64,000 bases of DNA, taken from Acidobacteriota bacterium. GTDB lineage: Bacteria > Acidobacteriota > CAIWXX01. The notes beneath the pieces are model-generated. The model was not told the origin of the DNA and ran no database searches. It saw only the letters and a list, made by a program, of their open reading frames with translations. Positions within the stretch are counted from its first letter, which is position 1, and every line of letters begins with the position of its first letter. A program made the translations under genes and the position numbers. Below, piece after piece: positions 44,108 through 53,267 of the stretch. The stretch covers positions 20,375-84,374 of the forward strand of contig JBFMAF010000031.1 of the NCBI GenBank assembly GCA_040755995.1. The letters run 5' to 3'.

Positions 44108-44142
44108 CAGTTGGTTCGCGGCAGTTGGACTTCGGAAATCGG
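44108..44142. repeat. Degenerate heptamer-periodic array x5 (CAGTTGG TTCGCGG CAGTTGG ACTTCGG AAATCGG)
   Basis: Every 7th-8th position is GG, and CAGTTGG is repeated exactly at a 14-nt offset. It lies upstream of, or in the 5' end of, the GT2 ORF. Confidence 0.5.
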
Positions 44143-44206
44143 CTCGTCATCCAGCCGCATGCCTGGCCTGATTTCCCCTCGGGATCTCCCGCCGCCGCCG
44201 GACGGC

Positions 44207-45172
44207 ATGACGGGATGGCCGTGGACGTGCGACGAACTGCCGCATGTCGCACGCACTCTGCCCGATGGATCTCCGTGGCCGCTCGTCAGCGTCATCACGC
44301 CATCATACAATCATGCACACTTCCTGGAAGAGGCGATCCGGTCGGTGCTCCTGCAGGGCTATCCGAACCTCGAGTACATCGTGATAGACGGTGGCAGCAG
44401 CGACGGCAGCGTGGACCTCATTCGCAAGTACGAGCCCTGGATCACAAGCTGGGTGAGCGAGCGCGACGAGGGGCACGTCCACGCGATCAACAAGGGGTTC
44501 TGGCGGTCCACCGGGGATTTCCTCGCCTGGATCAACGCCGACGACTTGCTGTATCCAGGTTTCCTGATCCAACGTGTCACGCAGTTCCACGAGCGTCCTG
44601 ACGTGGCCCTGGTCTACGGGGATGTGGAGACCGCCTGGGACAGGGATCCGAGGAGATGGCAAAGGAAGGGCAGGGCAATCACGCTGCGCGAGATGGTCCG
44701 CACGGCCGCGACACCGATGCCGCAGCAGGCATGCATGTGGCGGAGGCGGGTGTTTGACAAGATCGGCTGGCTCGACCAGAAGTGGAAGACCATAATGGAT
44801 CGCGAGTTCCTGCTTCGAACGTGTATGCACTTCAAGGCGGAGTATATTCCGGGCAAGGTGGGCCTGTTCAGATTCCACGGGGGCTCCAAGTCGGTGTCGA
44901 TATCTCACGTCTGGCTGGATGAGGTGCCCGCTCTCTACACAGAGATATTCGACCGGCCGTACTTCCCCGAGGAACTGAAGCCCCTACGGAAAGAGAGCCT
45001 CAGCTCAGCCTACATCTTCTCTGCGAGGACGGCCTATGGGACCGGCGCGAGACGCCTCGCCTACGGCTTCACGCTGCGGGCGATTCGTGCCTATCCCAAG
45101 CTCCTGCTGAGAAGGAACGAGATCTACATCGGGCTGTGGAAGTGCATCCGCAGGCTCTTGCGGATCTCCTGA
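44207..45172 (+). CDS. Glycosyltransferase family 2 (alternative starts at 44111 and 44159)
   Basis: VSVITPSYNHAHFLEEAIRSVLLQGYPNLEYIVIDGGSSDGS...INADD. Confidence 0.85.
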   Translation: MTGWPWTCDELPHVARTLPDGSPWPLVSVITPSYNHAHFLEEAIRSVLLQGYPNLEYIVIDGGSSDGSVDLIRKYEPWITSWVSERDEGHVHAINKGFWRSTGDFLAWINADDLLYPGFLIQRVTQFHERPDVALVYGDVETAWDRDPRRWQRKGRAITLREMVRTAATPMPQQACMWRRRVFDKIGWLDQKWKTIMDREFLLRTCMHFKAEYIPGKVGLFRFHGGSKSVSISHVWLDEVPALYTEIFDRPYFPEELKPLRKESLSSAYIFSARTAYGTGARRLAYGFTLRAIRAYPKLLLRRNEIYIGLWKCIRRLLRIS

Positions 45173-45202
45173 TCGCCGCGCCCGGGTGGCGCGGTATCGG
45201 GC

Positions 45203-45988
45203 TCAGGGCGAATCGCCTTGCGGGGGCGGGCGCCTCTCGCTGCCTTTCCTGAGGAACGCCGCATCCGCGTAGGAGAGAGTCATGCAGGGAGGATGCCGGC
45301 GTTCCTCGACGAACTCCAGAAAGCGGAACCCGCTCGCATCCATGAAGCCCACGATCTCGCTGAAGCCGGCCTGGCCCTCGTAGAGGGGTTCCACCAGGAT
45401 CTCCATCATGACCACGGTCGTGTCGGCCAGCGTCCTCTGTGCACCTCGCAACACCGCCAGCTCGAATCCCTGGACATCCAGCTTCATGAAGATCGGCGGC
45501 TCGAAGCTGCTCTGTTGGGCGATCTCGTCGAGCGTCGCCACCTGCACCTCAATTCTCCGGGCGTGCGCAGTCTTCGGGGATATCTCGCGATGCCGGTCGA
45601 GCATTGGCAGGAAACTGCTCGACGGGTCGTAATCGTTCTCGAACATCTCCGCTCGCCCGGCGTGATCGCCCAGCGCTGTAGGATGGACTCGGATGCGCGG
45701 TTCCGAGGCGGCCGCGGCCTGCAGCGCCGCCTGGCAGCCGCTCAGCGGTTCGAATGCATGGATCACGGCGTGCGGGAACAGCGCTGCGCACCAACGCGCA
45801 AACTGCCCGCGATTCGCTCCGACATCCAGCACCGTACGAATGTCGGCGTAGAGGCCGATTCGCCGAAGGAACTGATACAACGGTAGTGGGATGCGGCGCC
45901 GGCGGGCGTACCAGGCTCCGGGCGTGTCGAGGAGATCGGCATACCGGCGGAGTCTCCGCGCCCAGCTGCTCGCCCAACGATTCGTCAT
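45203..45988 (-). CDS. FkbM family methyltransferase
   Basis: VLDVGANRGQF...AFEP...MKLDVQGFELAVLRG. Confidence 0.8.
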   Translation of the reverse strand: MTNRWASSWARRLRRYADLLDTPGAWYARRRRIPLPLYQFLRRIGLYADIRTVLDVGANRGQFARWCAALFPHAVIHAFEPLSGCQAALQAAAASEPRIRVHPTALGDHAGRAEMFENDYDPSSSFLPMLDRHREISPKTAHARRIEVQVATLDEIAQQSSFEPPIFMKLDVQGFELAVLRGAQRTLADTTVVMMEILVEPLYEGQAGFSEIVGFMDASGFRFLEFVEERRHPPCMTLSYADAAFLRKGSERRPPPQGDSP

Positions 45989-46069
45989 GCCGAGGACAGG
46001 ATACCAGAAGATAGGTGTGCGCGTGTACTCGCCCGCTGGGCCGCTCGTGCTGACCCGTCGCGACCGATC

Positions 46070-46918
46070 GTGATAGCATCTTCACGGAACGCGGTCAGCG
46101 ATGGAGGAAGTTGCGATGGCAAAAGGGCAGGCCCGCAGGAGAGCGCTGCCTATGGTGGAGGCCGCGGGGCTGTGATCCGTCTGCCGTTCTCGATAGAGCC
46201 CCTTGTGCGATTGCTGCCCGCGTCATGGGCAGCAGCCATCGACTACCATCTCCGCCCGCATCTTCGAAGGGAATGGCACGGGCCGTTCAACGGACAACAT
46301 CATCGCCAGCAGATCTTCCGGGACCTGGTGGCGGCATGCGACTTCGTCGCGATCGCGGAGACGGGCACATACCGCGGAAGCACCACGGAGTTCATGGCCC
46401 GGCAGACAGGCCTGCCGGTGTACACGGCCGAAGTGGCGCGGCGATATCACGGCTATGCCGCTCGGCGGCTCCGGCGCGTCGCCGGCGTCCACCTGTTCTT
46501 GGACGACTCGCGCCGCTTCCTGAGGCGACTCGCGGAGGATCCGGAGATACCCAAGAGCAGCGTGTTCTTCTATCTGGACGCCCACTGGTACGGGGATCAT
46601 CCGCTTCTGGAGGAACTCGGGATCATCTTCTCCCGGTGGAGCCGGCCCGTCGTCATGATCGACGACTTCGCAGTGCCGGACGACCCGGGATACGACTGTG
46701 ATGACGAGGGGGCCGGACGCCGGCTGTGCCTGGCCTACATCGAACCGCCTCTTCTGAAGTTCGATCTCGTGCCCTTCTTCCCGCGGCTGAGATCGGAGCT
46801 GGAGTCGGGCAGCAGGCAGGGTTGCGTCGTCCTCGCCCGCGGCGAGACGCTCTCGCTGCTGGGCGGCGTCACATCTCTCCGCCGCTGCGGGGGACGGCGC
46901 GAGGCATCGAGCGTATGA
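46070..46918 (+). CDS. Hypothetical protein, possibly class I methyltransferase-like fold
   Basis: AETGTYRGSTTEFMA...FYLDAHWYGDHPLLEEL...MIDDF. No firm family call; start uncertain. Confidence 0.45.
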   Translation: MIASSRNAVSDGGSCDGKRAGPQESAAYGGGRGAVIRLPFSIEPLVRLLPASWAAAIDYHLRPHLRREWHGPFNGQHHRQQIFRDLVAACDFVAIAETGTYRGSTTEFMARQTGLPVYTAEVARRYHGYAARRLRRVAGVHLFLDDSRRFLRRLAEDPEIPKSSVFFYLDAHWYGDHPLLEELGIIFSRWSRPVVMIDDFAVPDDPGYDCDDEGAGRRLCLAYIEPPLLKFDLVPFFPRLRSELESGSRQGCVVLARGETLSLLGGVTSLRRCGGRREASSV

Positions 46919-46943
46919 TGCACTCCGCCCCGGGGACAGAGCG

Positions 46944-48386
46944 GTGAAGAAGCAGCTCTCGCACCAGATCTTCTGGGGCGCCACCTGGCTCAACATCGCC
47001 AACGGCGCGAGCATGGCCATGGGGTTTCTCCAGCAGATCGTGTTCGTGCGTTGTATGGGTCTGAGCCAGTACGGGTCGATGCAGATAGCCGTGGCTGCGT
47101 TCGAAGTGGCGGTGGCGTTCTTCGATTTCAACCTGTACTACTCGGCTATCCGATACGGCGGCGAGGCGCTGGGGAGAGGGGATCAACGCAAGTTCGAGGA
47201 GGTATTCTCGGCCGCGCTGCAGATCAAGGCGATTCTTGCCGCCCTGCTGCTGGTGATGGCGACCGTCGTGTGGGGGATCGGCGCGTCCTACCGAGGCACA
47301 ACGCTGGGGATACCCTTCCTGATCCTCGCATCGAACTACCTCTTCTCCAGCCTGCTCGGCTACGCCACCACTCTGTACAACACCGAGAAGCGATTCGGTG
47401 TCGTGTCGCTCCAGAATGCGGCCATGTCGTTTGCGACATCGATAGCGATGATGACCGCCGCATTTCTGCGGGGCACCGTAGTGAGCGTGCTCCTGGGCCA
47501 GATGATCGCCACGTTCATCGTCGCCACGATCGCCCTCTTCGTGGTGCGCCGAAAGATCTACTTCCGAAGGATCAGACGAACGGTTCTTAACGAGGTGGCC
47601 GTCTACGCCGGGCAATTCGCCATATCGAGCATCATGAAGAGGATCCTGGGGAAGACGGATACGTTGATTGTGGGCTACTTCCTCACCACCAGGGATGTCG
47701 GGCTCTACCGGATCGCCCAGACGTTCGCGTCGCCAATCTACAATGCCATCAGCCCGCTCTGGAACGTCTTGTTCCCCATCGTCGCTGAGCTTTCCGGCAA
47801 GGAGGACTACCCCAAGCTCATGACGCTGTTCCAGCGCGGTTCCCGGCTGCTCACCGTCGCAGCCATTCCAGCAGCGGGCTTCGGGTCGCTTCTGATCGCA
47901 CAGTTCCTCCTGATCGCCTACAAAGTTGATGCCCCCGAGGCAGTGTCCACGTCTCTTCTGCTATTCTGGGCGTCGGCCATCTCGGCCACTATCCCGATGT
48001 GTCCTCCGATCATTCGCGTCTTCAGGAATGATGTCGCGACCTGGTACTCCGTAGTCGCCACGGTCCTCAACACAATGCTCGACTTGCTGCTGGTCCCCTA
48101 CATCGGGATACTGGGCTGCGGCATCGCCACGCTGATGGTGGTGAGCCTCGGAGCGACCTTCATGTATGTCTACGTCCACCGATTCCTGTCGGCGCGCACA
48201 CCCCCTGCCGAATCCAGTCCACACCTGTTCTTCTTTGCGGCGGCAATCGGTCTGATGATCTTTGGATGGATGCATCTGCACGCGATCACGGCTGCAGGCG
48301 CGGCCGCGCTGGTCGTCGCAGCCTTTGCGTTCAGGATGATCTCGCTGCGGGAGATCAGGCAGCTTTTCGGCGACCTGCGTCGCTGA
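46944..48386 (+). CDS. Oligosaccharide/polysaccharide flippase (Wzx, MOP superfamily)
   Basis: 480 aa with a GTG start and 12-14 TM. The N-terminus FWGATWLNIANGASMAMGFLQQIVFVRCMGLSQYG is typical of Wzx-like proteins. Confidence 0.8.
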   Translation: MKKQLSHQIFWGATWLNIANGASMAMGFLQQIVFVRCMGLSQYGSMQIAVAAFEVAVAFFDFNLYYSAIRYGGEALGRGDQRKFEEVFSAALQIKAILAALLLVMATVVWGIGASYRGTTLGIPFLILASNYLFSSLLGYATTLYNTEKRFGVVSLQNAAMSFATSIAMMTAAFLRGTVVSVLLGQMIATFIVATIALFVVRRKIYFRRIRRTVLNEVAVYAGQFAISSIMKRILGKTDTLIVGYFLTTRDVGLYRIAQTFASPIYNAISPLWNVLFPIVAELSGKEDYPKLMTLFQRGSRLLTVAAIPAAGFGSLLIAQFLLIAYKVDAPEAVSTSLLLFWASAISATIPMCPPIIRVFRNDVATWYSVVATVLNTMLDLLLVPYIGILGCGIATLMVVSLGATFMYVYVHRFLSARTPPAESSPHLFFFAAAIGLMIFGWMHLHAITAAGAAALVVAAFAFRMISLREIRQLFGDLRR

Positions 48387-48436
48387 GGCCTCGGGCTGGC
48401 CAGCTCGCCGAGGAATCGGCCGGACCACCAGCCCTG

Positions 48437-49516
48437 CTAGCCAAGCTCTCTCGAGAGGAATGTGTTGAAGGCGGCGGCGTTCTTCGCGAGATCGTATCGG
48501 GCCTCGATCTTCTTGCGCGCCCGCAATCCCATGGCAAGCCGCGATTCGTCGTTGTCGAGCAGCGAGCGCAGCTTCTCGACCCACTCGTCGCTCGTTGCGG
48601 CCAGGAATCCGTCAATGCCGTCGTCCACCAAGTGCTTGTTCTCCCCGATTGAGGAAACGACCACGGGGATACCGCAGGCCATGGATTCAATCGCCTTGAA
48701 CGCGCACTTGGCCCGATGCCTCGGAGTGTCCGTCAATGGCATCAGCCCGATGTCGAAGCGATGAAGCGTTGCCACGACATCCACCGAGTCGGACCAGTTC
48801 AATCTCGGGATGACCTCCATGCGCACACCGGCGAAGGAGCGGAGAAGCTCGAGCAGCGCCGGATCATCGAGTGACCCGACGAAGAGGAAAAGGAAGTCGG
48901 CGCGCTTCGCCAACTCGATCAACGGCTCCCTGATCAGCCTTATGTTCTCGAGATGCTCAGGGCCCGTGCCCATCCATCCTATCGTCAGCGGCTGCGCACG
49001 CAGCCGCGAGCGCAAGGGGTACTTCTCCAGCGGTACGCTCGTGGGGAGTAGAAAGACCCTCCGAGCGCCGGTCTCGACAGCAAAGCGATCCAGTTCGTGC
49101 GACCCCACCACGACGAGCTCGGCGGCACACAACATCCGCGTCGTCAGGCGCGCCTGCCCCTCGAACACCGCGTCGTCGATGTCGAAGACGAGCTTGCGGC
49201 GGTAGCGCCGTGCGAGGAGCGCAGCGGCAAACGTCCGGCTGTAAACCGAGCGCTGAGCGAAAATCAGATCGCCGGCCGGAATCGAGGCAAGCGCGCGAAC
49301 GTTTCGCACCGTCTCCCTGAGACGCACCGAGAGCAGCTCGAATGTCGACAGAGGCCGGCCGGTGTTCTGCGTAAGGTAGCGGCGAAGCATTCGCGGTGGA
49401 TCGTAGATGGTGGCTGGGCGACCGAGACCGATCAGCGCGTCGGCGAGGTAGAACACTCGATACCTGGAACTGGCCAACCACCGGCCGCCCTTGGGGAAGA
49501 AGTGGACCCGCTTCAT
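48437..49516 (-). CDS. Glycosyltransferase family 4 (GT-B, group 1)
   Basis: C-terminal motif KAIESMACGIPVVVSSIGENKHLVDDGIDGFL (E-x7-E region). Confidence 0.8.
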   Translation of the reverse strand: MKRVHFFPKGGRWLASSRYRVFYLADALIGLGRPATIYDPPRMLRRYLTQNTGRPLSTFELLSVRLRETVRNVRALASIPAGDLIFAQRSVYSRTFAAALLARRYRRKLVFDIDDAVFEGQARLTTRMLCAAELVVVGSHELDRFAVETGARRVFLLPTSVPLEKYPLRSRLRAQPLTIGWMGTGPEHLENIRLIREPLIELAKRADFLFLFVGSLDDPALLELLRSFAGVRMEVIPRLNWSDSVDVVATLHRFDIGLMPLTDTPRHRAKCAFKAIESMACGIPVVVSSIGENKHLVDDGIDGFLAATSDEWVEKLRSLLDNDESRLAMGLRARKKIEARYDLAKNAAAFNTFLSRELG

Positions 49517-49789
49517 GTTCTGTTGGCTCGCCAGACCCCGGATGCCATCGGCTGCTTCGGCGACAACAGTATATCTCGGATGGCCAGGGGCCCGCGCGAC
49601 TCCTGCGTAGGTGCTCCGGCCCCCGCCGGCAGCAGGCTACCGCTCGCGCCCCAGGCGCATCCAAGCCTTGCACGCGGCGACAGCCACGCCCACGCCAGCG
49701 TCGACCGCCACGACGACGGCGAGGTCGACGGACACGGAACGGGGGTCAATAGGATGGCCCCGCGGCCGCCTCATTGGGCCGCATCCGGG

Positions 49790-50773
49790 CTAAGTGCCCT
49801 CGGCAATGATCCGGTCGTAGATCCAGGCGTATGTCTTCTCGAGGCCGGTGCGCAGCGGTGTCGACGGCTCCCAACCCAGATGCTGCCTGATCCTCGTGTT
49901 GTCGCTGTTCCGGCCGTTGACACCCTTTGGCGCAGCCGGGTTGTACTTGCGCCGCACCTTGATGCCGGCGATGCTCTCGACTATGTCGACAAGCTGGTTG
50001 ATTGTGACCAGCTCGCTGCTGCCTACATTCAACGGCTCGATGCTGTCGCTCTCCATGATCGCCTGCGTCGCCTTGAGGCAGTCGTCGATGTAGGTGAAGC
50101 TGCGGGTGCGCGTGCCGTCGCCCCAGACCTCGATTTCGTGGTTGCCCGAGAGCTTCGCCTGGATGACCTTGCGGCAGATGGCAGCCGGTGCCTTCTCGCG
50201 GCCTCCGTCGTACTCCCCGTGCGATCCATACACGTTGTGGTATCTGACGACCCGTGTCGCGAGCCCGAAGTCCTCCCGGAAATGGCGGCACATGCGCTCG
50301 CTGAACAGCTTCTCCCACCCGTAGCCGTCCTCGGGCATCGCCGGGTAAGCGTCGTCCTCCTTCAACGGGATCACGTCGGGCGACATCTGCTTGTCCATGT
50401 TGTAAACACAAGCCGAGGACGAGTAGAAGAAGCGCTCGACACCGAGATCCCGCGCAGCCATTAGTAGGTGCGTGTTGATGAGGACATTCAGCATGCAGAG
50501 CGCCTTGTTGGTCTCGATGAAGCCCATGCCGCCCATGTCCGCGGCAAGGTTGTAGACCTGAGACGCGCCCTGCAGCGCCTCGTAGCAGGCCGGCTTGCCC
50601 TGGAGGTCCAGGACCAGGTTGTCCACGTCGCGAAAACGCTGATGCCATTGGGTGAGCGGTTTGATGTCCACCGATCGCAGACGAGTGCACCCCTGCCGGC
50701 GCAAATCGGCGATGAGGTGCCCGCCGATGAATCCGCCGCCTCCGCAGACTACGATCCTATCGTCCCTGTTCAT
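49790..50773 (-). CDS. GDP-mannose 3,5-epimerase-like SDR
   Basis: VCGGGGFIGGHL, AADMGGMGFI, FFYSSSACVY, YGWEKL, GGREKAPAAICRK, WGDGTRTRSF and GVNGRNSDN closely follow the GME pattern as I recall it from plant and bacterial enzymes. Confidence 0.75.
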   Translation of the reverse strand: MNRDDRIVVCGGGGFIGGHLIADLRRQGCTRLRSVDIKPLTQWHQRFRDVDNLVLDLQGKPACYEALQGASQVYNLAADMGGMGFIETNKALCMLNVLINTHLLMAARDLGVERFFYSSSACVYNMDKQMSPDVIPLKEDDAYPAMPEDGYGWEKLFSERMCRHFREDFGLATRVVRYHNVYGSHGEYDGGREKAPAAICRKVIQAKLSGNHEIEVWGDGTRTRSFTYIDDCLKATQAIMESDSIEPLNVGSSELVTINQLVDIVESIAGIKVRRKYNPAAPKGVNGRNSDNTRIRQHLGWEPSTPLRTGLEKTYAWIYDRIIAEGT

Positions 50774-51065
50774 GCTTCACTCTCCGTGTCTACGCAAACA
50801 TCGCATGCACATGTTATGCGTCCGCGAGCGCGAGATCAACACGCACTCGCACGCCGGGCCCGTAACGGGCCTGGGGGCGAGGGCCCTGGCCCACCAACGC
50901 TCCGCCGCGTCCGAGTCGCTCAGGCGCATTCACGTGCCTCCCCGATCGTGCCCAGGGACCGCGCCCGTTCGCGCTCCCGAGAAGGATGGGCCGGGAACGG
51001 GTGCGGGAAGGTGTGCAGGCACGACTCGACGGCAGCCGCCAGGGCCTCGCCATTCGTTGAGCACC

Positions 51066-51081
51066 CGGAGATGCGGAGATG
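51066..51081. repeat. Octamer CGGAGATG x2, 14 nt upstream of the feoB -35
   Basis: CGGAGATGCGGAGATG. Confidence 0.6.
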
Positions 51082-51095
51082 CGCGGCGCGGCCGG

Positions 51096-51141
51096 TTGAC
51101 AGGGAGCGCGATTTGTGTAAAATGATACTGCGTCTCATTTT
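51096..51141 (+). promoter_or_regulatory. Sigma70-like promoter with an overlapping 7-9-7 inverted repeat (candidate metalloregulator operator) upstream of feoB
   Basis: TTGACA (51096-101), 16-nt spacer, TAAAAT (51118-23). AAAATGA (51119-25), N9, TCATTTT (51135-41). Confidence 0.45.
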
Positions 51142-51312
51142 CAGCTAATATTGTCGAGGCGGAAGGGATGATGCGGATGAGTCAAGTCTTGGGCGCTGTG
51201 CGGCGTCGGCCCGCAGTGCGGGGATGGGAACGGGCCTTCCTGGGCACGCAGGAGCTGTTTGAGCTTGCAGTCTGAATCCTCTTCCCAGGCCCGATCTCAC
51301 AAGGGGTGAGCG

Positions 51313-53250
51313 ATGGTTGGGTGTGAAGGATCGGCGGCGGCGCAGCCGGGCACCGGGCCCACCGGCCGCAGGAAGATCGCGCTCGTCGGCAATCCGAACG
51401 TCGGGAAGTCCGTGTTGTTCATGCGGCTGACCGGCCGGTACGTCGCAGTCAGCAACTACCCGGGCACCACGGTCGAGGTGACTCGCGGCGTAATGAAGCT
51501 CGGCAGAGACGAGTTCGAGGTGATCGATACGCCCGGCGTGAATACGCTCGTGCCCCAGTCCGAGGACGAGCGCGTCACCCGCAATATTCTGATAGACGAG
51601 AAGCCTGATATCGTGGTCCAGGTCGCGGACGCGAAGAACGTCATGCGGACGTTACACGTGCTGTCGCAGCTCTCCGAGATCAGGCGCCCGACCGTGCTGG
51701 TTCTCAATCTCATGGACGAGGCGCGGCTGCGCGGGATCGAAATCCGGGACGATGAGATCTCGAAGCTCTTCGGCATCGACGTCGTGAAAACGGTGGCCAC
51801 CGAGGGCACGGGAATCTCGCAGCTGCGCCGGGTTCTCCGCGGTGCGCGCCTTCCGGCGAGCCCGTTCGCGGCATCGTTCATCCCGCGCGAAGCACGGGCG
51901 CAACCCGACCTTCCGCTCCAGCTCCTGCTCGAATGGGCGCAGTACGAGGACCCTCACCCGCTGGCCCACAGGATGGGGCTCGACGGCACGCTCGGGGAAT
52001 CGCTGGAGCGATACAAGGACATGGGGAGAATCGTATCCAGGGAGCGCGCGGCGTTTGTGGAGGGGCTCGTGGAGCGGATCAAGGACCAGTCGGCTCCCGC
52101 GCGAGTGCGCTGGACCGAGCTCCTGGGACAATGGACGCGCACCCCGCTGCTGGGAATTCCCATTCTCGCCGGCGTTCTGATAGCCACCTACTACTTCGTC
52201 GGCGTTCTCGGGGCAGGCGTCCTGGTAGACTTCTTCGAGGACACCCTGTTCGGCCGCTACTTGACGCCTGCACTTTCCTCCCTGCTCCGGACGCTCTCGG
52301 CCGGACAGTTCATCACAGATCTGGTTGTCGGCAAATATGGGCTGTTCAGCGTCGGGCTCACATACGCGTTCGCTATTGTGCTCCCGGTCGTCAGCACCTT
52401 CTTCATCGCCTTCGGCGTGTTGGAGGACAGCGGCTATCTGCCGCGCCTTGCGATACTGTCAGACCGCATCTTCCGGTTGATGGGCTTGAACGGCAAGGCC
52501 GTCCTCCCGATGGTGCTGGGCCTAGGTTGCGACACCATGGCGACGTTGACGACGCGCATTCTCGGGACCAAGAAGGAACGTCTCACCACTACGATCCTCC
52601 TGGCACTCGGCGTTCCTTGCTCCGCCCAGCTGGGCGTCATCATGGGCCTTCTCGGCGCGCGATCGTCCGGCGCGCTGGTACTCTTCATCCTCCTGATTCT
52701 CTCCCAGATCCTGATCGTTGGCACTCTGTCAGGGCGCCTCCTCCCCGGCCGCCGCAGCGATTTCATCCTCGAGATCCCGCCGATCCGCATGGTGAAATGG
52801 GAGAACATCCTTCTGAAGACGGGCCTGCGCGTGAAGTGGTTCTTGCTGGAGGCCGTGCCGTTGTTTCTCGCCGGCACGATGATCCTCTTCGCAATGGACA
52901 GGCTGAAGCTGCTGGGCGCTCTTGTAGGCGGGCTGAGACCCGTCGTCAGCGGGCTGCTCGGTCTTCCTCCACAGACCGCCGAAGTGTTCGTCATGGGGTT
53001 CCTGAGGCGTGACTACGGGGCGGCCGGCCTGTTCACGATGTCAGAGGCGGGGATGCTCACGACCGTGCAGGTGGTAGTGAGTCTGACGGTGCTTACGCTC
53101 TTCGTCCCCTGCATCGCGAACTTCTTCATGATCGTCAAGGAGCAGGGCCTGAAGCGCGCGCTGCTCATTCTCGGATTCATCACGCCTTACGCCGTCGCCG
53201 CCGGCGCGGTGGTGAACTTCGCATTGCGGAGGCTCGGCGTCTCGCTCTAA
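51313..53250 (+). CDS. feoB: Ferrous iron transporter FeoB
   Basis: G-domain IALVGNPNVGKS, DTPG and NLMD, followed by the polytopic gate domain. Confidence 0.92.
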   Translation: MVGCEGSAAAQPGTGPTGRRKIALVGNPNVGKSVLFMRLTGRYVAVSNYPGTTVEVTRGVMKLGRDEFEVIDTPGVNTLVPQSEDERVTRNILIDEKPDIVVQVADAKNVMRTLHVLSQLSEIRRPTVLVLNLMDEARLRGIEIRDDEISKLFGIDVVKTVATEGTGISQLRRVLRGARLPASPFAASFIPREARAQPDLPLQLLLEWAQYEDPHPLAHRMGLDGTLGESLERYKDMGRIVSRERAAFVEGLVERIKDQSAPARVRWTELLGQWTRTPLLGIPILAGVLIATYYFVGVLGAGVLVDFFEDTLFGRYLTPALSSLLRTLSAGQFITDLVVGKYGLFSVGLTYAFAIVLPVVSTFFIAFGVLEDSGYLPRLAILSDRIFRLMGLNGKAVLPMVLGLGCDTMATLTTRILGTKKERLTTTILLALGVPCSAQLGVIMGLLGARSSGALVLFILLILSQILIVGTLSGRLLPGRRSDFILEIPPIRMVKWENILLKTGLRVKWFLLEAVPLFLAGTMILFAMDRLKLLGALVGGLRPVVSGLLGLPPQTAEVFVMGFLRRDYGAAGLFTMSEAGMLTTVQVVVSLTVLTLFVPCIANFFMIVKEQGLKRALLILGFITPYAVAAGAVVNFALRRLGVSL

Positions 53251-53267
53251 CTCGAAAGGGGGCGGTC

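Noticed and set aside
50774-51095. About 320-bp gap between the epimerase and the feoB promoter with several 70-230 aa track ORFs
   Set aside because: All of the ORFs are low-complexity Arg/Pro/Ala-rich translations with no RBS-supported start, so the region is treated as non-coding.
51168-51275. 35-codon ORF (MMRMSQVLGAVRRRPAVRGWERAFLGTQELFELAV) upstream of feoB as a possible FeoA
   Set aside because: It is too short and lacks the FeoA SH3-like pattern. It may be a uORF or nothing.
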